A DNA stretch of 64,000 bases, taken from positions 55,118,001-55,182,000 of the forward strand of contig NC_043009.1 in NCBI RefSeq assembly GCF_006345805.1, written 5' to 3'. The DNA comes from Octopus sinensis. Taxonomy: Eukaryota. How positions within the stretch are numbered: position 1 is the first letter of the stretch; each line of letters opens with the position of its first letter. A program made the translations under genes and the position numbers. Positions 53,064 through 64,000 of the stretch are shown here, piece after piece. Under the pieces are notes generated by a model that made no database searches, was not told the DNA's origin, and saw nothing but the letters and a program-made list of their open reading frames with translations.

Positions 53064-53111
53064 AAAACCTGTTACTCTGAGTTTCACATTCCCGTTCGTC
53101 GGACAGTTTTT
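53064..53111 (-). ncRNA. Minimal hammerhead-like motif (U4C core variant) in a Penelope-like repeat end
   Basis: Minus strand AAAAACTGT-CCGACGA-ACG(GGAA)TGT-GAAA-CTCAGAG-TA-ACAG(G)TTTT, followed by an AATAAA; lies between (TA)n tracts at ~52945 and ~53137. Confidence 0.55.
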
Positions 53112-53175
53112 GCTAGAATAGAACCGATATGTCTTGATATATATATATAATATATATATATATATATTATATATA

Positions 53176-53210
<35 letters not shown>

Positions 53211-53738
53211 CATGCACACACATACATATATAAATATATGGGTGTTTATTTATATATCTGTTGCTTGGTAGTCTGTAATCAGATACGTATGTATGCTTAT
53301 TTATTAGTTACTTGACAATTTGTGATCACTGATATCTACTAATAGCTAATAAGGTGTATTGTCTTCAGGAAATGAAGGAATTAGTTTAGTGACATTCATG
53401 CTTCTCCTGAGGGCATTAGATGCATTAGTAAAATATGTAAAATAGCCACAATTGAAAAATCAAACCCAAATTTGGGAGACACTGTTTGCCAGATGTTCAA
53501 CACCTACTCTGCAGTCCTCAATAATAATAATTATTGCTTATAGTATTATCCTTCAAGAAACACCATCTACAATGGTTCTTCTCTGAGTTAAGGAAACAAT
53601 AGAAGCAATAAATCAATCACTTCTGTTCTGCCATTGTCTCATCAATAATGTTCAATTGAACAACTTCTTTTTTGTTGTTATTTCCTTTCTTTACTACTTG
53701 GTTATATTTCAATGTGGTGGTTTCTCTCTTCTACATAG

Positions 53739-53809
53739 GTCGATCTTGAATCAAAGTTGGGTAAATCTATGGTTATAACCAAGACAACGCCAGCATCTCA
53801 GCAAGGAGG
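53739..53809 (+). CDS. ZMAT2: ZMAT2 coding exon 3
   Basis: ctacatag|VDLESKLGKSMVITKTTPASQQG(G)|gtttgt. Confidence 0.95.
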
Positions 53810-56800
53810 GTTTGTATTCATTTCTTTCTCTTCCATTGGAGCATAATTTATTTTAAATAATGGTATTAAATATGAATTCTCTCCCTCCCTCTCTTTTTCA
53901 TCTCCTCAGTCTTTCATTTCTTTTCTCTCTCTTTCTCCCCCTTACTCTCTTCCCCACATTGTCACTTCTGCTTCACCTCATTCGTCCTCTTCTTTTCCCT
54001 TCATTCTCTCTTTCTCTTTCTTGCACACTCTATCTCTCTTTCCACCATTTTTCTGAATTGTACATCTCATCTGTGAACATTCTCAGATCCAGGCCTCATT
54101 ATAGTCTTTGGTCCTTTTTTTAATGGAAACCTTCAATATACACTCACATTCACTTTGCGCTCATAGGTGTTATTGTTTTTACTCACAACAGGTGTTATTT
54201 ATTTACATTGTATGTCTGTACCAGCACAGTTGTCTTTCCTATTCACTCCAGTTAACACTTTTCATGCCCAACCACTCTCTCAGTTCACTTATATATCCTT
54301 TCTTTCAAATTAACATTGTACATTTAGCATTTCATGCAAAACACTTAAGTAAATTTCATTCAATAACCAAATCTCACTGTTGGACAATATCATATGTGCT
54401 GCACAACTTATTTTTCCTTAATATTCAACAGATAGTCTTCACTTCCCACATCTTACTACTGCTGGGATCCCCAACCACCAAGTACTGAACCCACACAGAA
54501 AGAATAAATTTTATTGAAATCAAATTCGATGACTGGCATCCATGCTAGTGGAGTGCTAAGAGTACCATATGAGCATGTTCATTGCCAGAGCAACAAGCTG
54601 GCCTCCATGCTGATGGGCACGTAAAAAACACCATTCGAGCATGATCGTTACCTGCGTTGCCTTACTGGCACTTGTGTTGGTGGCACGTGAAAAAACATTC
54701 GAGCAAGGTCATTGCCAGTGCTGCTGGACTGGCTCCTGTGTAGGTGGCACATAAAAAGTACCATTTGAGCGTGGCCGTTGCCAGTACCGCCTGACTGGCC
54801 CACATGCCGGTGGAAAATAAAGGCACCCACTACACTCTTGGAGTGGTTGGCATTAGGAAGGGAATCCAGCTGTAGAAACTCTGCCAGATCAGATTGGAAT
54901 CAGGTGCAGCCATCTGGTTCGCCAGACCTCAGTCAAATCGTCCCACCCATGCTAGCATGGAAAGCAGACGTTAAACGATGATGGTGATGATGATGTATTA
55001 TAACAACTGGAAATGAACAGTCTGCAGGGTGTTTTTGCATTATAATGCATTGTATATGTATTATATGACTCAGTTCTCTGTACTATGAGGTACATAAGGC
55101 ACAACATGATCTCTCTGTTTTCTGCCACTCTTCTGGTTTCATTCCAGTTTCTCCACCATTCTTGTCTCCTTTCCTTGTCAATGGTCTTTTGTCATGTAGC
55201 TTTAGGGTACCCTGCTGCTCTTTTACCCTCAGGCTTCCACGTTAGTGCCACCATACAGTCACTTTGTTGATTTTGTCTGAGGACGTGTCCAATCCAGTGT
55301 CTGTGTTCTACTTTTTCAGCAGTGATCCTGTTGTCATCTCAATTTTGTCATTTCAGACTCTTCACAGCCACTCGATGTCAAGTATTCTCCTTGACCTTTT
55401 AGTTTTCAGATTATTCTGTTAAATTTATTGCCTATTTATTCATATTGTTTTGAATTAATCAGGCATTATTTTGTAGCTTCAAGATTTCAATGGTGTGTTA
55501 GTATATTTCCAGATTGACATTGTTGGGTAGGTGTGAGAGGTTGGATTTGGTCAGTTTTAACATAAAACAGGTAGAATATTTGGGGCAAATATAGCCAGAT
55601 TAAATACTAAAGAGTTAAGCATGTAAATTAGAAGTTGTCCATTATATTTTCTTACATTTTTTATTGTGCTTGTATTCTCCTGATCCATGGAAAAATTGTC
55701 TTGCATGAAAGTGATCTGTAATACAAATAAATGGTTGGGAATGCTGTACTACAGGACAGCATCATATGTTTTGCACAATTCATTTATCATATCACCGTTG
55801 CCAGCCTCGTCTGGCCTCCGTGCTGGTGGCACGTAAAAAGCACCATCCAATTGTGGCCGTTTGCCAGCCTCGTCTGGCACCTGTGCAGGTGGCACGTAAA
55901 AAGCACCCACTACACTCACGGAGTGGTTGGCGTTAGGAACACTGCCAGATCAGACTGGGCCTGGCGCAGCCTACTGGCTTCCCAGACCCCAGTTGAACCA
56001 TCCAACCCATGCTACCATGGAAAACGGACGTTGAACAATGATGATGATGATGATATCAATAGATTATCAAGAGATAATCTTCATTCATTTCTCACATCTC
56101 TTAGCTTGACACTATCATGCTTTTTACATATACTTCGTACAGTCTGTTCTTTGTTTAAACAGTTTGCTATTGTTCTTCAACCACAGATCAACCCTAATTG
56201 CGCAAACTTTTGATCAAAGACATTCCAGCCATGACCATCTCGTCTTATTACAGATGTCTAGGACCACATTATCTAAACTGCCCTTTTCTTTTTACAAGAT
56301 GATAGGGTGTGATTTGATGGAATTTGGCTGCTATTTTTAGTAAGTTGAACAATGGTGAATTGGCAGTAATGTTAGAGCATAAGCTTTACTGTATTTGTTC
56401 CAGTTCTGTGTGCTCTGAGTTCAAATCCCACCAAACTTAGCTCTACCTGTCATCCTTTCATGATCAGTAACATAACATATCAATCCAAGACAGTACCTAT
56501 ATTTTCTTCTAATCACATCCTGTCTTAAAACAGGTGAGGTGCATTGAAGTTTTCTGTCAATATCTTTTGAATTTGTTGTCTCTTACACTGCAGTGGCCTT
56601 GAGCCTTGTTTTGGATAAAATCATGTAAAAAAAAAAAGGCACATCTGATGGGTTTTGCAGTCTTCAATATTTTCATTTGCTAATCATTTTTCAGATATTT
56701 ATAATGTTCTCACATAATATTTTTAAAAATCCATTATTAATATTATTATGGCGGTGAGGTGGCAGAATTGTTAACACACTGAGCAAAATACTCGACATTT

Positions 56801-57033
56801 CTTCTGGTTTTACATTGTTAATTCAAATTCCACTGAGGTCAATTTTGTCTTTTATCCTTTTAGGATCAATGAAATAAGTACCAGTTGAGCACTGGAAGCG
56901 ATGTATTTGGCTAGCTCTCTCCCCTAAAAAATTTTAGGCCATGTGCCTCTATTATTTTTATTATTGATAAGGCGGCAAGCTGGGAGAATCGTCAGCACTC
57001 TGGATGAAATGCTTTGTGGTATTTCACTCGTTG

Positions 57034-57266
57034 AAGGCGGCGAGCTGGCAGAAACGTTAGCACGCCAGGTGAAATGCGTAGCCATATTTCATCTGCCGTT
57101 ACGTTCTGGGTTCAAATTCCACCGAGGTCGACTTTGCCTTTCATCCTTTCGGGGTTGATTAATTAAGTTCCAGTTATGTACTGGGGTCGATGTAATCGAC
57201 TTAATCCGTTTGTCTGTCCTTGTTTGTCCCCTCTGTGTTTAGCCCCTTGTGGGTTGTAAAGAAATA
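57034..57266 (+). mobile_element. tRNA-derived SINE family C (~233 bp), young copy with 16-bp TSD
   Basis: AAGGCGGCGAGCTGGCAGAAACG...GTAAAGAAATA flanked by GGTATTTCACTCGTTG (57018-33 and 57267-82). Other young copies at 44487-44719 (+, TSD AGAAACTGTG) and 40307-40531 (-, inside (TA)n); many older fragments. Confidence 0.85.
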
Positions 57267-59120
57267 GGTATTTCACTCGTTGCTACATTCTGAGTTCAAA
57301 TTCTGCCAAGGTCGACTTTGTCTTTCATCCTTTTGAGATCAATAAAGTAAGTACCAGTGAAACACTGGGGTCAATGTAATCCGACTTATCACCTCCCCTA
57401 AAATGGCTGCCCTTGTGGCAAAATTTGAAATCATTATTATTGTTGTTGTTGTACTGATTATTCCTCTATAAAATTAGAGTAGTCTCCCTTCTCAATTGAC
57501 AGCGCATATACAGTGCAATAACAGAATTCAACAACTGCTCCTGTATTTATTCATACAACAGTCTAAGTCATCTCCCACTCTGCTTCATACTCTGCCTTCC
57601 CTATTTTTCATGCACACACACACACACTATCTTTCTGGCTAAATTACTGTATAATACATACACCATACAGCTATGTAATTATGGAAATAACTTGTTTGCA
57701 ATGTTTTCCAGACGGTAGGAGTTGAACAAAGTCTCTAGCGGTAAATTTCTTGAGGTGCTTCTCAGCAACCATTTACATTCTGATTTCAAATCTTCCTAAA
57801 AAGTCAGCTTTGTATTTCATGTTATCAGGGTCAATAAAATAAGCATCACTCAACTACTGAGGTCCATCTTTATCATCGTTTTAACATCCAATTTTCTGTG
57901 CTTGCATGGGTTGGACAGAGTTTGAGGTAGATTTTCTATGGTTGGATGTCCTTCCTGTAGCCAATCCTCACTTGTTTCCAAGCAAGGTCATATTTCTCCA
58001 TGGCTAGAAGTATTTCCACAGAATATTGGAAATTAACGACACTGTTAGTATGAGAGTGACACTCATTTAGAACTATCACATGATGTCAAAACAAACATGC
58101 ACACATTCACACACTCACATACATACATGCATGCATCATCCTCATTACTTCTCTTCTGCTTTCCATGCTGCCCTGGTTCGAATTATCTAATTTGGCATGG
58201 TTTCTACAGCTGGATGCCCTTCCTAATGCTAAGCACAGAGTGTACCGGGTGCTTTTACGTGCCATTGGCACAGATGCTTCTATGTGGCACTGCCATGGGT
58301 GCTTTTACATAGCACTGGCACACATATATATGACTGCCTTCTTTCATTTTCTATCTATCAAACCCAGCCACCCAGTCACAAGTTTTAATCAGCCCAGGGC
58401 TATAGTAGAAAATAGTTATTCAAAGTGTCACACAGTAGGACTGAACCCAAAACCATGTGGATAGGAAGTAAATGTCTTAACCACACAGCTATGCCTACAT
58501 CCATATATTTGAAATTCACTCTGTTATCCACTACACTTCAATAGATACACTTGCTCATATAATTGTATTACTATTTTTTCTTTCTTGTTTTTTCATAATG
58601 GCTTAGTCAGTGGAGAAAGGACAGTGTCCATAGCCTTCTTCACATGTGATAAGTGGAAGGAAGGGTGTAAGTTTTCCTCAGACTGGACGCCTGACCTAAA
58701 TACTTGCAATAGAGTGAACTCTGCTGAAGCAACCCAAAGACCAGATGGTGGTATTTAATTGGGGGACAGCTTAAGTCTACTCCCCAATCAAGGTGTTGGA
58801 CTGTCTTCTACTCAGGAACAGGAACAGTCCTGTTGATGAGCTTCCATACAGTTCCCTTCAACCAAGTTCCACTCTCAAATATTTGGTTGGCCTGAGGCTA
58901 TTACAGAAGACAACTGTTCAATGTGCTGTACTATGGAGTCAGACCTGAAGCCTCATAGTTACAAAGTGAAATTCGTTTACACAGTCCTGTCTGTACTCAT
59001 ATTTTATTATACATGTACTTGGTAATTTTAGCTAAGACCTTAACATTAAACTATGCACTATTGGCTTGATTGCTTAAACTGTTCTTCATCATATAAATTA
59101 TTGCTTTTCTTTTATTTTAG

Positions 59121-59194
59121 ATATTATTGCAATGTCTGTGATTGTGTTGTCAAAGATTCTATTAACTTCTTGGATCATATTAATGGGAAAAAGC
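59121..59194 (+). CDS. ZMAT2: ZMAT2 coding exon 4 (matrin-type zinc finger)
   Basis: tttattttag|[24 protein letters not shown](H)|gtgagt. Confidence 0.97.
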
Positions 59195-59469
59195 GTGAGT
59201 ATTATTTTAATGTATAATACATTTAGTCACATGCCAATTTGTTCATTTACTAGTTTCCTTCTCCTGGCCACGATTTGATGGAGAAAGTAGTGGTTGTTCT
59301 GAGAAAGGAAGTATTATAAAGAGAGGTAGATTAGATAGATAAATGGGTAAATGGGAGATTGACAGAAAGAGAGAGAGAGAGAGTAGTCAGTGGCAAGCAT
59401 GGAGGAATATTATCTTGTTTGGAAACAAGTCAGAGTTGGCAAAAGGAAGGGTATCGGGCTATTGAAAAT

Positions 59470-59805
59470 CATCATCATCGTTTAACGTCCGTTCTCCATG
59501 CTAGCATGGGTTGGACGGTTCGACCGGGGATCTGGGAAGCCAGAAGGCTGCACCAGGCTCCGGTCTTATCTGGCAATGTTTCTACAGCTGGATGCCCTTC
59601 CTAACGCCAACCACACCGTGAGTGTAGTGGGTGCTTTTTACGTGCCACCTGCACTGGTGCCAGGCGAGGCTGGCATCGGCCACGGTCGGATTGGTGCATT
59701 TTATGTGCCACCTGCACAGAAGCCAGTCGAGGCGGCACTGGCTTTGGCCACGATTCGGATGGTACTTTTTACGTGCCACCGACACGGAAGCCAGTCAAGG
59801 CGGCG
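59470..59805 (-). mobile_element. (GAT)n-tailed SINE-like family A with internal tandem modules
   Basis: Common 3' block ...TTAGGAAGGGCATCCAGCTGTAGAAAC...GGACGTTAAACGATGATGATG. Copies on + at ~18337-18482, 37293-37528, 54528-54994, 55798-56053, 60097-60451, 61451-61750 and 63430-63900; on - at ~20461-20722, 33781-34121 and 36299-36511. Confidence 0.8.
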
Positions 59806-60570
59806 CTCTGCTTCAATAAACTCTGCCTGCCCATTTTTCCATGCTTGCATGAAAAAGTGGACATTAAAACGATGATGATGATGATGACTTTCTGAATAGA
59901 TATTGATATTCTCCAGTAATATACAGAATTTGACTAAGCACCTTTCCTTCAAATATGTGGCTTTATGCTAATATATGAAATTCTTATTAAATGGCTAGTG
60001 AAAGTGGCTAGCTGGCAGAATCGTTAGCACGCAGACAAAATACTTAGTGGCATTTCATCTGTCTCCATGTTCTGATTCGAATGTCACAGAGATTGGCTGG
60101 CACGTAAAAAGCACCATCCGATCGTGGCCGTTGCCAGCCTCGCCTGGCCCCCGTGTCAGTGGCACGTAAAAAGCACCATCCAATTGTGGCCATTTGCCAG
60201 CCTCGCCCGGCCCCCGTGCCAGTGGCACGTAAAAAGCACCATCCAATCGTGGCCGTTTACCAGCCTCGTGTGGCACGTAAAAGCAACCACTACACTCGCG
60301 GAGTGGTTGGCATTAGGAAGGGCATCCGGCTGTAGAAATATTTCCAGATCAGACTGGGCCTGGTGCAGCCTTCTGGCTTCCCAGATCCCAGTTGAACCGT
60401 CCAACCCATGCTAGCATGGAAAGCGGACGCTAAACGATGATGATGATGATGAGCACTGGAGTCGATGTAATTGATTATGTCACCTCTCCCAAAATTTCAG
60501 GCGAATGACAACATCAGAAGCTCACAGGATAAAAATGCATCAGTTACGTCCCTTTACATCCAGAGTTTAA

Positions 60571-60785
60571 CCCTTTAACCTTCAGATTACTTTGTCAAAT
60601 ATAATGCTTATTTATTCACATTGTTTTGGATTAATTATGCATTATCTTGTAGCTTCAATTTTGTCGATGTATTTGTTGATTCTTAGAATGTCATAGGGTA
60701 GGTGTGACGGACCAGGTCTGGCCATTTTAAACATAAAACAAATAGAATACTTGGGCTGGATATTGCCAGTTTAAATATCAAAGGG
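60571..60785. mobile_element. piggyBac-type MITE (TTAA-flanked, ~220 bp), multicopy family
   Basis: TTAA|CCCTTT...AAAGGG|TTAA. Related copies at ~4479-4643, 4644-4862, ~21695-21872, 35353-35578, ~38298-38524 and ~55391-55618. Confidence 0.7.
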
Positions 60786-61759
60786 TTAAAATCGTATCAC
60801 GTTTCATCCATGCAGTAAAGTAAGTATCAGTCAACTGCTGAGATCCAGTTAAGTCAATTTCATCCATTCCCAAAATTTATGGCTTTGACTTCAAATTGCA
60901 CTGGAGCTATTGACAAAGAAAGTAAGATGGCAAAGGAAAGTAAAGGCTGGTACAGCTTGGCACCAGTGATGTTGCAACTCATTTCTACAGCTGAGTGAAC
61001 TGGAGCAACGTGAAATAAAGTGTCTTGCTCACGAATACAACACGCAGCCCGGTCCAGGATTCGAACTCACAACCTCACAATCGTAAGCCCAATGCCGTAA
61101 CCACTCAGCTGTGTGCTTTCACATGTGTGTGTGTATGTACACATACCCTTTCCGAGCAAGTGATTTGATATGAGATTGCTTGTTGAAAGTAGAATGATTG
61201 CAGTGTGGAAGACATATTTGCTTTTCAAATACATACAAAAACTGGTAACTTCACTTAAACATTTATTATTTGTTGTCAGAATTTTCATTGCACCAAATAA
61301 TAGATGTTTAAGTGAAGTTAACAGTTCTTTGTGAGAGTTTTTGAAAGGCTAATATACATAAGTCTTCCATGCTGTAATTATTTTAGTTTCAACACATACT
61401 CTCAGATCAAATCACTTTCCTGGTTAGTATCAATATCCTTGCATATGTTCCGGTGGCATGTAAAAAGCACCATCCGAATGTGGCCGATGCCAGCGCTGCC
61501 TTGACTGGCTTCTGTGCCGGTGGCACGTAAAAACCACCAACCGATCATGGCCGTTGCCAGCCTCCCTTGGCACATAAAAAGCACCCACTACACTCACGGA
61601 GTGGTTGGCATTAGGAAAGGCATCCAGCTGTAGAAACACTGCCAGATCAGACTGGAGCCTGGTGCAGCCTCCTGGCTTCTCAGACCCCAGTCAAACCATC
61701 CAACCCATGCTAGCATGGAAAACGGGCGTTAAACCATGAGGATCATCATCATGTTCAGT

Positions 61760-62090
61760 CCCCTCCTTCTTTTTTCTGGATGTGGTGTCCACTCTGTCAA
61801 TTTGCCATCCCGTCCATTGTCCTTTCTTCTAAACACATGTCCCTCAAAACACCATTTTATTTTCCAGATATCCATTAAATCTAACCTGTTGCCACTCTTG
61901 TCTTGTTTCTCCACTTATCCATTTTGTCAATCCCTTTCCATGGTTCTTTGTGTTGATCTTAATTTATTTTCCAATGCTCCAGTTGGTAGTCCATGTTTTT
62001 GATGCATATGTAATGGTAGGCAGCACACACTGGTTAAAGGCCTTTCTTTTTAGATACAGGGGCATATTAGTATACCTCCAAAATATGTAT
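61760..62090 (-). mobile_element. Degraded RTE-clade LINE fragment
   Basis: LKRKAFNQCVLPTITYASKTW and IKWCFEGHVFRRKDN...EWTPHPEKRRRG resemble the RTE post-RT motifs (VLP.LTYGSETW; KW.WAGH..RR). Confidence 0.7.
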
Positions 62091-62574
62091 ACTCTTTTTC
62101 CTCTTTTACTTGTTTCAGTCATTTGACTGCGGCCATGCTGGAGCAATGCCTTTAGTCGAGCAAATCGACACCAGGACTTATTCTTTGTAAACCTAGTACT
62201 TATTCTCTTGATCTCTTGTGTTGAACCACTAAGTCACAGTGCCATAAACACGCCAGCATCAGTTGTCAAGCGATGTTGGGGGGATAAACTCAGACACACA
62301 AACATACATACACATATATATACATATACATATATACGACAGGCTTCTTTCAGTTTCCGTCTACCAAATCCACTCACAAGGCTTTGGTCGGCCCGGGGCT
62401 ATAGTAGAAGACACTTGCCCAAAGTGCCATGCAGTGAGACTGAACCCGGAACCATGTGGCTGGTAAGCAAGCTACTTAACACACAGCCAGTCCTGCACCT
62501 ATTTATTAAACTTTTAAAAGAAGTGGGTGACAGTGTAACTTGTTTATGATTTTTTGTTTGTTTTATACTAATAG

Positions 62575-62720
62575 ATCAAAGGAATTTAGGAATGTCAATG
62601 AGAGTTGAACGGTCATCACTGGATCAGGTGAAAAAGAGATTTGAAATGAATAAAAGAAAGCAAGAAGATAAGAAAAAAGAATATGATTTTGAAGAGAGAA
62701 TGAAAGAATTAAGAGAAGAA
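62575..62720 (+). CDS. ZMAT2: ZMAT2 coding exon 5 (gene continues beyond the window)
   Basis: ctaatag|(H)QRNLGMSMRVERSSLDQVKKRFEMNKRKQEDKKKEYDFEERMKELREE|gtaagt. Confidence 0.96.
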
Positions 62721-64000
62721 GTAAGTATTTTTCTGATGAAGCATTTCACATTTTACTGTAGATAAATTGATATGTATTGGAACAAGTATGGTTGTATGGT
62801 AAGAAATTTTTTTCCAAATTACATGATTTTGGGTTCAGATCCACTGCTAGGCACCAAGGGCAAGTGTCTTGTACTATTGCACCAGGCCAACCAAAGCCTT
62901 GTAAGTGGATACTGAACAAAGCCCATAGTGTGTTTGTGTATGTGTGTGTTAATCTCCTTGTCTCATCAGCACATGATAGTTGTGCATGTCACTATCATGG
63001 AAGCAGACATGTCATGACAGTGGACATGCCTTCAGCGTGGAATGCAAGCAAATAATACCCTCAGTGTGAACAGTGAGGCTGTTGTTTTATAAACTCACCC
63101 ACACAAACATTTTCACACATACATACATATATATGTTACATACCCGAGATGGTTTCCTTCTTCAGTTTCCATCAAGCAGATTGACTCACAAAGTATGGAC
63201 TGAAGGCAAGGATTATAGCAGCATTCATCAACTTAATAAGGAGACCATCTAAAAGAGTTGCAGGAGATTCCAAAGTCATTTGGAGGTTGTGTTTGAAGCC
63301 AATGGCGATTTTATTGGATAAATTTACTCTTTAGTATTTCAAGATATTTTTATGTAGTTTTGGTAAATATATCTATTAAAATGAGATGTCAGTGTTATTT
63401 TCATTTTTATGTAATTTAGATGATAATATATTCACCGCACCCTCATGAAGTGAGTTCATGGCTCGCAGGATGGCCTGCTGTGCTTACCTTGGATCGTAGG
63501 GTGACCTGCTGTGCTTGAGGAGACCTATTGAGTCAAGTACATCAACATCAAAATAAAAATCAAATGGAAATTGTAGTTGTGATACCCGTGCCGGTGGCAT
63601 GTAAAAAGCACCATCCAAATGTGGCTGATGCCAGTCTCCTTGACTGGCGTCCATGCCGGTGGCACGAAAAAGCACCAACCAATCGTGGCTGTTGCCAGCC
63701 TCCTCTGGCTCCTGTGCTGGTGGTACATAAAAAGCACCCACTACACTCACAGAGTGGTTGGCATTAGGAAGGGCATCCAGCTGTAGAAACACTGCCAGAT
63801 CAGAATGGAGCCTGGTGCAGCCTCCTGGCTTCCCAGACCCTGGTTGAACTGTCCAACTGATGCTAGCATGGAAAACAGGCATTAAACGATGATGATGATG
63901 TATAAAGTTATAGATATTTTACTAAGTCTGTCTAAAATTTTGAGTATATTGGAAATTAATTTGAAAGATTTAGTGTATTTTGTTGCATCTGAGGATAGTC

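Overview
AT-rich, repeat-dense eukaryotic genomic DNA. The SINE/MITE families and (TA)n/(CA)n tracts look like Octopus (coleoid cephalopod); this is recognition from memory, not a database match. Three spliced genes were reconstructed by hand from GT-AG sites and reading frames: (1) the 3' end of NUP58 on + (last coding exon 5169-5407); (2) a complete FAM114A-family gene on - (12 coding exons, 44258 to 17484, 612 aa); (3) the first five coding exons of ZMAT2/Snu23 on + (49630 to 62720, continuing past the window), head-to-head with the FAM114A gene. The rest is transposon debris: a full-length but inactivated mariner, Tc2-, hAT- and piggyBac-type MITEs, RTE and other LINE fragments, and at least five SINE-like families, several with target-site duplications (TSDs) or nested insertions. 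Two observations stand out. First, a complete type I hammerhead ribozyme (42337-42430) is enclosed by a perfect 42-bp inverted repeat inside a small (TA)n-flanked element, with further minimal or degenerate hammerheads at ~39200, ~53090 and ~13900. Second, a near-perfect ~600-bp inverted duplication carrying a 32-bp tandem array closes about 33 nt from a FAM114A splice acceptor. No folding, alignment or database search could be run, so all structures were paired by eye.
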